From NCBI RefSeq assembly GCF_058153355.1, contig NZ_CM177019.1: 64,000 nt of DNA; one strand, 5' to 3'. The number at the start of each line of letters is the position of its first letter. The stretch's first letter is position 1. This document shows positions 41,808 to 53,431 of this stretch, piece by piece. The notes beneath the pieces were generated by a model. It did no database searches. It saw only the letters and a program-made list of their open reading frames with translations, and had not been told where the DNA came from. The position numbers and the translations under genes were made by a program.

Positions 41808-42047
41808 TTATAACTTCGTGGTATCAAGTCCGGCGGCTTTGAGTCGCTCGGTAAGATTTCTCATTTTGCTGAACTCTGTACCAAAGCTGGCTTTAAGTCC
41901 TACACCTTCGCAAAACTCTTTTGCCGTGACGTTTTTAAGATGGTCAGCGTATTTGATCATCTGGAGGTGCATTTCCATCGTTTGGCTATTTCGTGGTGCG
42001 CTGCTAATGGCTTGCTTAATGTTCTCGTAGATCTGGGTTTCTGTCAT
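41808..42047 (-). CDS. Hypothetical 79-aa protein, possible helix-turn-helix
   Basis: AGGTGAG Shine-Dalgarno ~8 nt upstream; HTH call is by eye only. Confidence 0.4.
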   Translation of the reverse strand: MTETQIYENIKQAISSAPRNSQTMEMHLQMIKYADHLKNVTAKEFCEGVGLKASFGTEFSKMRNLTERLKAAGLDTTKL

Positions 42048-42271
42048 TTTTTATCTCACCTATCAAATTTAGATAAATAATATAAATTAGATAAATAAGA
42101 TAATCAATAGTTTTTACCATATGAATAATGGATGTGGATTGTTTCTTTTTCATTTCTGATATGGAGTACAAAATGGGGTCACAATGAAGAAGCGATGAAT
42201 GGAGGCGAGCTTGCATCTGCAAGCCTCTTCCCCTAATCTGGCACAAAATATAGAGATTCAACCAAACGACT

Positions 42272-42392
42272 CGGGGTGCCCTTCTGCGTGAAGGCTGAGA
42301 AATACCCGTATCACCTGATCTGGATAATGCCAGCGTAGGGAAGTCACGGACCACCAGGTCATTGCTTCTTCACGTTATGGCAGGAGCAAACT
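42272..42392 (+). ncRNA. TPP (thiamine pyrophosphate) riboswitch in the thiM leader
   Basis: THI-box core ...ggggtgcccttctgcgtgaaggctgagaaatacccgtatcacctgatctggataatgccagcgtagggaa... directly upstream of thiM ATG. Confidence 0.9.
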
Positions 42393-43181
42393 ATGCAAGT
42401 CGACCTGCTGAGTTCCGCGCAATCTGCGCACGCGTTACACCTTTTTCACCAACATTCCCCTCTTGTGCATTGCATGACCAATGATGTGGTGCAAACCTTT
42501 ACTGCCAATACCTTGCTGGCGCTCGGTGCATCGCCAGCGATGGTTATCGAAACCGAAGAAGCCAGTCAGTTTGCGGCTATCGCCAGTGCCTTGCTAATTA
42601 ACGTCGGCACGCAGACGCAGCCACGCGCACAGGCGATGCGTGCTGCCGTTGAACAGGCAACACACTCTCAAACCCCCTGGACGCTTGATCCGGTCGCGGT
42701 TGGCGCACTCGATTATCGTCGCCGTTTTTGTCATGAACTTTTATCTTTTAAACCGGCAGCGATACGTGGTAATGCTTCGGAAATCATGGCATTAGCTGGC
42801 GTTGCTAATGGTGGACGGGGAGTGGACACCACTGACGCCGCAGCTAATGCGATACCCGCTGCACAAACACTGGCACGGGAAACTGGCGCAATCGTCGTGG
42901 TCACAGGCGAGGTGGATTATGTTACCGATGGTCGTCGCACCGTTGGCATTCACGGCGGCAATCCGTTAATGACCAAAGTGGTAGGAACTGGCTGTGCATT
43001 ATCGGCAGTTGTCACTGCCTGTTGCGCATTACCAGGCGATATGCTGGAAAATATCGCATCTGCCTGTCACTGGATGAAACAAGCCGGAGAACGCGCCGTC
43101 GCCAGAAGTGAAGGGCCTGGCAGTTTTGTTCCCCATTTTCTTGATGCGCTCTGGCAATTGACGAAGGAGGTGCAGGCATGA
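42393..43181 (+). CDS. thiM: Hydroxyethylthiazole kinase
   Basis: 262 aa ORF following the TPP riboswitch. Confidence 0.9.
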   Translation: MQVDLLSSAQSAHALHLFHQHSPLVHCMTNDVVQTFTANTLLALGASPAMVIETEEASQFAAIASALLINVGTQTQPRAQAMRAAVEQATHSQTPWTLDPVAVGALDYRRRFCHELLSFKPAAIRGNASEIMALAGVANGGRGVDTTDAAANAIPAAQTLARETGAIVVVTGEVDYVTDGRRTVGIHGGNPLMTKVVGTGCALSAVVTACCALPGDMLENIASACHWMKQAGERAVARSEGPGSFVPHFLDALWQLTKEVQA

Positions 43182-43978
43182 AACGGATTAACGCTCTGAC
43201 AATTGCAGGCACTGATCCCAGTGGTGGTGCGGGGATTCAGGCAGATCTCAAAACGTTCTCGGCACTTGGTGCTTATGGTTGCTCAGTGATTACTGCACTG
43301 GTGGCGCAAAATACCCGTGGCGTACAGTCGGTGTATCGCATTGAGCCTGATTTTGTCGCCGCCCAGCTCGATTCGGTGTTCAGCGATGTGCGAATCGACA
43401 CCACTAAAATCGGTATGTTGGCGGAAACCGATATTGTTGAAGCGGTGGCAGAACGGTTGCAACATTATCAGATCCAAAACGTGGTACTCGACACCGTTAT
43501 GCTGGCAAAAAGCGGCGACCCTCTGCTTTCACCTTCGGCGGTTGCCACGCTGCGCAGTCGATTATTGCCACAGGTTTCATTAATAACGCCAAACTTGCCC
43601 GAAGCAGCTGCCTTGCTCGACGTGCCACACGCGCGCAACGAACAGGAAATGCTGGAACAAGGACGAGCGCTGTTAGCGATGGGCTGTGGCGCAGTGCTGA
43701 TGAAAGGCGGTCATCTGGATGATGAGCAAAGCCCGGACTGGCTGTTTACCCGAGAGGGGGAACAACGGTTTACTGCACCGCGCATTATGACCAAAAACAC
43801 CCACGGCACTGGTTGTACGATCTCTGCGGCGTTGGCTGTACTACGCCCGCGCCATACAAACTGGGCTGACACCGTTCAGGAGGCAAAAAGCTGGCTTTCA
43901 TCGGCGTTAGCCCAGGCCGACACGCTGGAAGTTGGTCACGGTATTGGTCCGGTTCACCACTTCCACGCGTGGTGGTGA
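43178..43978 (+). CDS. thiD: Hydroxymethylpyrimidine / phosphomethylpyrimidine kinase
   Basis: 266 aa; ATGA overlap with thiM. Confidence 0.9.
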   Translation: MKRINALTIAGTDPSGGAGIQADLKTFSALGAYGCSVITALVAQNTRGVQSVYRIEPDFVAAQLDSVFSDVRIDTTKIGMLAETDIVEAVAERLQHYQIQNVVLDTVMLAKSGDPLLSPSAVATLRSRLLPQVSLITPNLPEAAALLDVPHARNEQEMLEQGRALLAMGCGAVLMKGGHLDDEQSPDWLFTREGEQRFTAPRIMTKNTHGTGCTISAALAVLRPRHTNWADTVQEAKSWLSSALAQADTLEVGHGIGPVHHFHAWW

Positions 43979-44042
43979 GCACCTTACTATAGCTGCTTTG
44001 GTTATTGTCAGTATTTGGCGCTGACATTCAGGGATGAAACCA

Positions 44043-44861
44043 ATGCAGCTGAGAATCACCAGTCGAAAAAAATTCACCGCTTTATTATGCGCTCTTGGGC
44101 TAATTTCCATCGTTGCAATTTATCCGCGTCAGACGGTGAATTTTTTCTATTCGACAGCTATTCAGATTAAAGACTACATCCACTTCTACGGTTATCGCCC
44201 GGTTAAATCTTTCGCTATTCGCATTCCTGCCAGTTACACCATTCACGGAATAGATGTTTCGCGCTGGCAGGAGCGGATCGACTGGCAGCGGGTGGCTAAA
44301 ATGCGCGATAACGGTATTCGCTTGCAATTTGCCTTTATCAAGGCGACGGAAGGCGAAAAGCTGGTGGACCCGTATTTTTCGCGTAACTGGCAACTAAGCC
44401 GCGAAAATGGCCTGTTGCGTGGGGCGTATCATTATTTTTCCCCGTCGGTATCCGCCTCAGTTCAGGCGCGATTATTTCTGCAAACGGTGGATTTCTCACA
44501 AGGCGATCTCCCTGCCGTGCTGGACGTAGAAGAACGGGGAAAATTATCGGCAAAAGAATTACGCAAGCGGGTAAGTCAGTGGCTAAAAATGGTCGAAAAA
44601 CGCACGGGAAAAAAGCCGATTATTTACTCAGGAGCCGTTTTTTATCACACCAATCTGGCGGGCTATTTCAATGAATATCCGTGGTGGGTGGCTCACTATT
44701 ATCAACGTCGTCCGGACAATGACGGCATGGCCTGGCGCTTCTGGCAGCATTCCGACCGTGGACAGGTAGATGGCATTAATGGTCCGGTGGATTTTAATGT
44801 GTTTAATGGCACGGTGGAGGAGTTGCAGGCATTCGTTGGTGGGATTAAAGAAACGCCTTAA
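44043..44861 (+). CDS. yegX: GH25 lysozyme-like (muramidase) family protein YegX
   Basis: 272 aa from MQLRITSRKKF; N-terminal signal/TM segment. Confidence 0.8.
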   Translation: MQLRITSRKKFTALLCALGLISIVAIYPRQTVNFFYSTAIQIKDYIHFYGYRPVKSFAIRIPASYTIHGIDVSRWQERIDWQRVAKMRDNGIRLQFAFIKATEGEKLVDPYFSRNWQLSRENGLLRGAYHYFSPSVSASVQARLFLQTVDFSQGDLPAVLDVEERGKLSAKELRKRVSQWLKMVEKRTGKKPIIYSGAVFYHTNLAGYFNEYPWWVAHYYQRRPDNDGMAWRFWQHSDRGQVDGINGPVDFNVFNGTVEELQAFVGGIKETP

Positions 44862-44912
44862 ATAAGAAGCAGTGATATACTCCCACCAGACTCCCTGGCA
44901 GGAAAAAGACAA

Positions 44913-45659
44913 ATGGAACAAGCGCATACCCAGCTGATTGCCCAACTGAACGAACGTATTTTAGCGGCGGATAACACGCCGCTTTATATTAAGTTTGCCG
45001 AAACGGTGAAAAATGCCGTGCGCAGCGGGGTGCTGGAACATGGCAATATTTTACCCGGCGAGCGCGATTTAAGTCAGTTAACCGGCGTTTCGCGTATTAC
45101 GGTGCGCAAGGCGATGCAGGCGCTGGAAGAAGAGGGCGTGGTGACACGTTCGCGCGGCTACGGCACGCAGATTAATAACATCTTTGAATACTCGTTAAAA
45201 GAAGCGCGAGGATTTTCTCAGCAGGTGGTGTTGCGCGGGAAAAAGCCCGATACGCTATGGGTTAACAAGCGAATGGTTAAATGCCCTGAAGAGGTGGCGC
45301 AGCAATTGGCGGTCGAAGCGGGTAGTGATGTCTTTTTGCTTAAGCGTATTCGCTATGTTGATGAAGAAGCGGTCTCTATTGAGGAGTCGTGGGTTCCGGC
45401 GCATTTAATTCATGATGTTGATGCCATCGGAATCTCTCTTTATGACTACTTCCGCAGTCAGCATATTTTTCCAAAGCGTACCCGTTCCCGCGTTAGCGCC
45501 CGGATGCCGGATGCCGAGTTTCAGTCACATATTCAATTAGATAGTAAAATACCGGTGCTGGTGATCAAGCAAGTGGCGCTTGACCAACAGCAACGGCCTA
45601 TTGAGTACAGCATCAGCCACTGTCGCAGTGATCTATACGTTTTTGTGTGTGAGGAGTAG
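44913..45659 (+). CDS. yegW: GntR/HutC-family transcriptional regulator YegW
   Basis: 248 aa; N-terminal winged HTH (ERDLSQLTGVSRITVRKAMQALEEEG). Confidence 0.85.
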   Translation: MEQAHTQLIAQLNERILAADNTPLYIKFAETVKNAVRSGVLEHGNILPGERDLSQLTGVSRITVRKAMQALEEEGVVTRSRGYGTQINNIFEYSLKEARGFSQQVVLRGKKPDTLWVNKRMVKCPEEVAQQLAVEAGSDVFLLKRIRYVDEEAVSIEESWVPAHLIHDVDAIGISLYDYFRSQHIFPKRTRSRVSARMPDAEFQSHIQLDSKIPVLVIKQVALDQQQRPIEYSISHCRSDLYVFVCEE

Positions 45660-46598
45660 TTCCTCGCGGGTTGGCGCGCAATCACCGCCGCGATGCCCGA
45701 CAACCCACGACGCCACTGCATTGCCCAGCAATACGGCATCCGCCAGTGGCAAACCAGAGGCCAGTCCAGCTAATACGCCACCTGCATGACTGTCGCCCGC
45801 CCCAATGGTGTCTACAACTTGCGTTGGAAATGCCGGGATGCAGCCAGAAGCGTTATTGCTGAAATACCATGCGCCTTCTTTATCCAGACGGACGATCAAC
45901 GACGCGGCAAATTTCTCCTGCCATTGTTTGCCAAGTGTTGTTATCTCTGCGGATAAAGCAAAACGTTCGGCGGCAATCTCAGCCTCTTGACGATTGAGTG
46001 ACACTAAAGGTCGACAGGCCATGATCCGCGCCAGTAATGCATCCGGGATATCGCCAATACGTGGGCCAAAATCGATGAACGGCGTCACGTCTTGCAGACT
46101 CTCCAGCCATTCCACTAATAATTCACCGCAGGGCGAGGCCAGTTGATAACCGGAAAAATAGAGCAGGCTGCCAGGCGCAACGGTTAATCGCGCCAACCAT
46201 TCGCGATTCCACTGATTTTCCACACCACTGAACGACATAAACGTGCGTTCACCATCAGGCTCAACCAGCGCCAGACACCAGCCGTTATCGCCTTCGGCGT
46301 TATCGATGAGGCTGATTAATCCTTCTTTCGCCATCCGGTTACGAATAATTTCCGCCCACACACCCTGGCCGAGCGGCAGGGCATTACCCGCTTCGATACC
46401 GAGGCGATTTAACGCCACGGCAATATTCAGTGCACAGCCGCCAACGTTAACGCTCTGCTGTTTCAGTTCGATATCGCACCCACGCCAGGGTAGGGCATAA
46501 GCGTCGGCGATCACATCAATGACCGCCGCGCCGACGACCATCACCGGCTGACGCGTGGTTAATTCAGGCAGCAGCGTGTGTAATCGAGCGCCGCTCAT
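45633..46598 (-). CDS. yegV: PfkB-family carbohydrate/nucleoside kinase YegV
   Basis: 321 aa; GAGDSHAGG-type motif; converges on yegW with 27-bp overlap. Confidence 0.85.
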   Translation of the reverse strand: MSGARLHTLLPELTTRQPVMVVGAAVIDVIADAYALPWRGCDIELKQQSVNVGGCALNIAVALNRLGIEAGNALPLGQGVWAEIIRNRMAKEGLISLIDNAEGDNGWCLALVEPDGERTFMSFSGVENQWNREWLARLTVAPGSLLYFSGYQLASPCGELLVEWLESLQDVTPFIDFGPRIGDIPDALLARIMACRPLVSLNRQEAEIAAERFALSAEITTLGKQWQEKFAASLIVRLDKEGAWYFSNNASGCIPAFPTQVVDTIGAGDSHAGGVLAGLASGLPLADAVLLGNAVASWVVGHRGGDCAPTREELLLTHKNV

Positions 46599-47599
46599 AC
46601 CGCCTCCCGTTGTTGGCGATACTTCGCCAGCGCCGTGGCGTAATGATTAAAATCAAGCTGATTTACCGCATCCAGCTCCGTCTTAAACGCAGGATCGATA
46701 GCGTTAACGCCATGCAATGCGCCGCAAATCGCCGTCGCCATAGCGCCGATGGTGTCTGTGTCGCCGCCAAGATTGGCGCACAGAATGGCGCAGCGATTCG
46801 GGTCGGTTTGTGCCAGTTCAACCAGCGCAATGGCGCACGGAACGGACTCAATAGTGCTGGTACCTGCGCCAATGACCTGGTAAAGCTGTTCGCTGGCGGA
46901 TTCGGTGCCGTCGGCATTGCGCACAATTTTCAGCGCAATCTCCAGACGTGCTGCCAGTGAGGCGCTGAAGGTAGTGATGCGTTTTTGCTGTGCATGTCGC
47001 GCAATTGAAGGCAGTGAATCAACAATCGCTGACCAGCTTTCTCCGTCAATGGCACGAGAAACCGCCCATGCGATGACTACCGCGCCTGCCACCGCCAGAT
47101 CGGATTTATGAGTCGGGCTGGACGCCAGCGCTACATCATCAATAAAGGAATCAACATCACGCGCCGGAAGCAAACAACCTAATGGCGAGACGCGCATCGC
47201 TGCGCCGTTAGTCACGCCATTGTTTTCCAGTTCAGCAACGGGTTTACCGTCGCGAATGGCGTTAAGCGCAATCTTCGAAGTTGGGCCAAGCACGTTTTTG
47301 TTAAAGGCGTTGAAACGCAGCGCCCAGTCGAGAATATTACGCCCAATCAGATCCGGATCGATCTCGCCTTCACGTTCCAGTAACGCATCCGCCAGACACA
47401 GCGCCATTGAGGTATCGTCGGTGAATTCGGCGCGGTTAAAATAACAGGCCGCGTTATTCTCCTTTGGTCCAGGCAGAAAACGGTCAATCCAGCCAAAGTG
47501 TGCTTTAACGCGGCTGCGTGGCCAAAGCTCGGAGGGCATCCCCATCGCATCCCCTAACGCCTGCCCATAAAGAGCACCGAGAATACGTTCTGTTTTCAT
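46595..47599 (-). CDS. yegU: ADP-ribosylglycohydrolase-family protein YegU
   Basis: 334 aa; 4-bp overlap with yegV. Confidence 0.8.
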   Translation of the reverse strand: MKTERILGALYGQALGDAMGMPSELWPRSRVKAHFGWIDRFLPGPKENNAACYFNRAEFTDDTSMALCLADALLEREGEIDPDLIGRNILDWALRFNAFNKNVLGPTSKIALNAIRDGKPVAELENNGVTNGAAMRVSPLGCLLPARDVDSFIDDVALASSPTHKSDLAVAGAVVIAWAVSRAIDGESWSAIVDSLPSIARHAQQKRITTFSASLAARLEIALKIVRNADGTESASEQLYQVIGAGTSTIESVPCAIALVELAQTDPNRCAILCANLGGDTDTIGAMATAICGALHGVNAIDPAFKTELDAVNQLDFNHYATALAKYRQQREAV

Positions 47600-48873
47600 T
47601 TAACTTCCCCTTGTGTCAACGCAATATCGCGATCATCGACCTTGATAGCCGTAATTTCGTTGTCGGATTCGCGGAAAAAAATCATGAACAGCACGGCGAT
47701 AATGGCAATCATCACCGCGCCGAAAGTCCACATCCCGGACCAGTTGAAAGTCAGTCCGTTTACCGGTTCCGGATAAGCGAACATTTTCTCCATCATCACA
47801 CCGCCAAGACGATAGCCGAGCAAACTGCCGAATCCCTGGCAGCAGAGCGTGATCAGCCCCTGCGCAGCGGTACGCATATGCACGGGGGCTTTTTTATCGA
47901 CATAGATGTAAGCGGTAACGTAGTAAAAATCGTAACTTACTCCATGCAGCAAAATGCCAAGGAACAGTAACGCGTAGGTGAAATATTCATCCGCACTACC
48001 GTAAATAAAGAAGCCATAGCGGATCGCAGCGGTGACCAGACCAAGTAATAATACCTTTTTGATACCAAAGCGTTTGGTAAAAAACGGCAATGCCAGCATA
48101 AAGAAGATTTCAGAGAACTGGCCGAGCGTCATCCAGCCGGTGGCGTTTTTCATGCCGACTTCTGTCAGATAACCGTTGGCAAAGATGTAATAGAACGCCA
48201 GTGGCATCGCAAACAGGAATGAACAGAAGAAAAAGACGAGGAAGTTTTTATCGCGCAGCAGGATCAGCGCATCCAGGCCTAGCATGACTTTAATGTCCAT
48301 TTTGCCGGTGCTTTTTGGCGGCGTGTCGGGCAGGAAAAACGCAAACACACCGAGTAATGCGGAGCTTCCGGCGGTAATTAATAGTGGAATATTGGTCGGT
48401 GAGATATCGTCATATCCCAGCATCTGAGGCAGGAATCCGCAGACCAGGCCAGAGGCAATCCAGCCTATAGTCCCCAGTACGCGAATGCGCGGAAAATCGC
48501 GCTCCACATCCGGGACGTTAGCAAACGCGATGCTGTTAGTCAGCGCAATGGTCGGCATATAGGTCAATGAGTAGGCCAGCAGTAACGGGAAGAACCCGGC
48601 AAAAGTAGTCTGTTGCGCAGCGAAATACATCAGCACCGCACCAGCGAACATCAATACCGCCAGCACTTTCTGCGCCGAGAAAAAGCGGTCAGTGATGGAG
48701 CCAACCAGAATTGGCGACAGGATCGCCGCAATGGCGGTACAGGCATACGACCAGCCAATTTCCCCGGCACTAAAACCGCTTTTACTTAACCACAACCACA
48801 ATGGCACAAACCACGCGCCCCAGATAAACCATTCAACAAACATCATGAACGACAGCTTTGCTGTTGTTTTCAT
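47596..48873 (-). CDS. yegT: Nucleoside:H+ symporter family MFS transporter YegT
   Basis: 425 aa multi-TM; 4-bp overlap with yegU. Confidence 0.85.
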   Translation of the reverse strand: MKTTAKLSFMMFVEWFIWGAWFVPLWLWLSKSGFSAGEIGWSYACTAIAAILSPILVGSITDRFFSAQKVLAVLMFAGAVLMYFAAQQTTFAGFFPLLLAYSLTYMPTIALTNSIAFANVPDVERDFPRIRVLGTIGWIASGLVCGFLPQMLGYDDISPTNIPLLITAGSSALLGVFAFFLPDTPPKSTGKMDIKVMLGLDALILLRDKNFLVFFFCSFLFAMPLAFYYIFANGYLTEVGMKNATGWMTLGQFSEIFFMLALPFFTKRFGIKKVLLLGLVTAAIRYGFFIYGSADEYFTYALLFLGILLHGVSYDFYYVTAYIYVDKKAPVHMRTAAQGLITLCCQGFGSLLGYRLGGVMMEKMFAYPEPVNGLTFNWSGMWTFGAVMIAIIAVLFMIFFRESDNEITAIKVDDRDIALTQGEVK

Positions 48874-49129
48874 CTTTTAATTCCTTCATGACAGGTAATG
48901 TAAGGTACGCGATGACAATACCATTTAATAATACCTTTTAAATACCTTTGCGGTGAAAACTTGACCGCGGTAACATTTTTTCTGATGAATCGAGCCAACA
49001 GAAAACGCTGAAAAAACATCCAAAAGATGGAAAAACTCGCCTGTAACGACCAGGATTATGATTGCCCGCAAAAGGCGGGCCAGGACAATCCATAGCCGAT
49101 ATCCAATCGGAATTTACGGGAGCATAGTA

Positions 49130-50182
49130 ATGACAGATATTGCGCAGTTGCTTGGCAAAGACGCCGACAACCTTTTACAGCACCGTTGTATGACTATTCC
49201 TTCTGACCAGCTTTATCTCCCCGGACATGACTACGTAGACCGCGTGATGATTGACAATAATCGCCCGCCAGCGGTGTTACGTAATATGCAGACGTTGTAC
49301 AACACCGGGCGCCTGGCTGGCACAGGATATCTTTCTATTCTGCCGGTTGACCAGGGCGTTGAGCACTCTGCCGGAGCTTCATTTGCCGCTAACCCGCTCT
49401 ACTTTGACCCGAAAAACATTGTTGAACTGGCGATCGAAGCGGGCTGTAACTGTGTGGCGTCAACCTACGGCGTGCTGGCATCGGTATCGCGGCGTTACGC
49501 GCATCGCATTCCATTCCTCGTCAAACTTAATCACAACGAGACGCTAAGTTACCCGAATACCTACGATCAAACGCTGTATGCCAGCGTGGAGCAGGCGTTC
49601 AACATGGGCGCGGTGGCGGTTGGCGCGACCATCTATTTTGGCTCGGAAGAGTCACGTCGCCAGATTGAAGAAATTTCTGCGGCCTTTGAACGTGCGCACG
49701 AACTGGGCATGGTGACCGTGCTGTGGGCCTATTTGCGTAACTCCGCCTTTAAGAAAGATGGCGTTGATTACCATGTTTCCGCCGACCTGACAGGTCAGGC
49801 GAACCATCTGGCGGCAACCATAGGTGCAGATATCGTCAAACAAAAAATGGCGGAAAATAACGGCGGTTATAAAGCGATTAATTACGGTTATACCGACGAT
49901 CGCGTGTACAGCAAGTTGACCAGCGAAAACCCGATTGATCTGGTGCGTTATCAGTTAGCTAACTGCTATATGGGCCGGGCAGGGTTGATAAACTCCGGCG
50001 GTGCTGCAGGCGGTGAAACTGACCTCAGCGATGCAGTGCGTACTGCGGTCATCAACAAACGCGCTGGCGGAATGGGGCTGATTCTTGGACGTAAGGCGTT
50101 CAAGAAATCGATGGCTGACGGCGTGAAACTGATTAACGCCGTGCAGGACGTTTATCTCGATAGCAAAATTACTATCGCCTGA
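49130..50182 (+). CDS. fbaB: Class I fructose-bisphosphate aldolase
   Basis: 350 aa from [16 protein letters not shown]; ORF track extends 24 codons upstream. Confidence 0.9.
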
Positions 50183-50204
50183 TACGCCTCATACGAACAG
50201 CACT

Positions 50205-50336
50205 ACCCCGTAGGGCGGATAAGGCGTTCACACCGCATCCGGCAACCTATGCCTGATGCGACGCTGAAGCGTCTTATCATGCCTACACAGCGCTGCCACG
50301 TATGCCGGATAAGGCGTTTACGTTGCATCTGGCATA
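50205..50336. repeat. Cluster of REP/BIME extragenic palindromes
   Basis: Three REP-like units (gtagggcggataaggcgttcacaccgcatccggcaa and relatives). Confidence 0.6.
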
Positions 50337-50357
50337 AAAACACGCGCACTTCGTTAC

Positions 50358-50384
50358 GGCTTCCCCCGGGAGGCCGTTTTTTTT
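50358..50384 (+). terminator. Intrinsic terminator downstream of fbaB
   Basis: Hairpin ggcttcccccgggaggcc followed by an 8-T run. Confidence 0.65.
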
Positions 50385-50439
50385 ACCTGTCATTCTGATT
50401 AATTTTCATATTGTCGTTTTTGTGATCGTTATCTCGACA

Positions 50440-51366
<927 letters not shown>

Positions 51367-51367
51367 A

Positions 51368-52644
<1,277 letters not shown>

Positions 52645-52653
52645 GGACGGTAT

Positions 52654-53103
52654 ATGACTAACCTGTTTGTTCGTAGCGGAATTTCTTTTGTCGATCGTAG
52701 CGAAGTTTTAACCCATATCGGTAATGAGATGATCGCGAAAGGTGTGGTTCATGAAACCTGGCCACAGGCATTAATTGCCAGAGAAGCAGAATTCCCCACC
52801 GGGATAATGCTTGAACAGCACGCCATTGCAATACCGCATTGTGAGGCGATTCATGCTAAGTCGTCAGCTATTTATCTGTTAAGACCGGCGAATAAAATAA
52901 AGTTTCAGCAAGCTGATGATGATAACGACGTGGCGGTGTCGTTGATTATCGCGCTGATTGTCGAAAATCCGCAGCAGCAACTGAAGCTTTTGCGGTGCTT
53001 ATTTGGCAAGTTGCAGCAACCAGATATCGTTGAAACGCTAATCACCATTTCTGAATCGCAATTAAAGGAATATTTCACACAGCATATTTTAGATTCCGAA
53101 TAA
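52654..53103 (+). CDS. gatA: Galactitol PTS enzyme IIA
   Basis: 149 aa. Confidence 0.85.
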   Translation: MTNLFVRSGISFVDRSEVLTHIGNEMIAKGVVHETWPQALIAREAEFPTGIMLEQHAIAIPHCEAIHAKSSAIYLLRPANKIKFQQADDDNDVAVSLIIALIVENPQQQLKLLRCLFGKLQQPDIVETLITISESQLKEYFTQHILDSE

Positions 53104-53143
53104 CCAAAAACCTCTGTACCAATAAAAAGGATTGATTATGAAA

Positions 53144-53428
53144 CGCAAGATAATTGTCGCTTGCGGAGGCGCGGTTGCGACCTCTACGATGGCGGCGGAA
53201 GAAATTAAAGAGTTGTGCCATAGCCATAATATCCCCGTTGAAGTAATCCAGTGTCGGGTTAATGATAATGAAATAGAAACCTATATGGATGGCGTACATC
53301 TTATTTGTACTACCGCCAGAGTTGACCGCAGTTTTGGCGATATTCCGTTAGTTCACGGCATGCCTTTTGTTTCTGGTGTCGGTATCGAAGCATTACAAAA
53401 TAAAATTCTGACTATCTTACAGGGGTGA
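53144..53428 (+). CDS. gatB: Galactitol PTS enzyme IIB
   Basis: 94 aa from [16 protein letters not shown]. Confidence 0.85.
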   Translation, partial: RKIIVACGGAVATSTMAAEEIKELCHSHNIPVEVIQCRVNDNEIETYMDGVHLICTTARVDRSFGDIPLVHGMPFVSGVGIEALQNKILTILQG

Positions 53429-53431
53429 CCT

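Noticed and set aside
42016-42354. 112-aa minus-strand ORF upstream of thiM
   Set aside because: Overlaps the TPP riboswitch aptamer and the thiM promoter.
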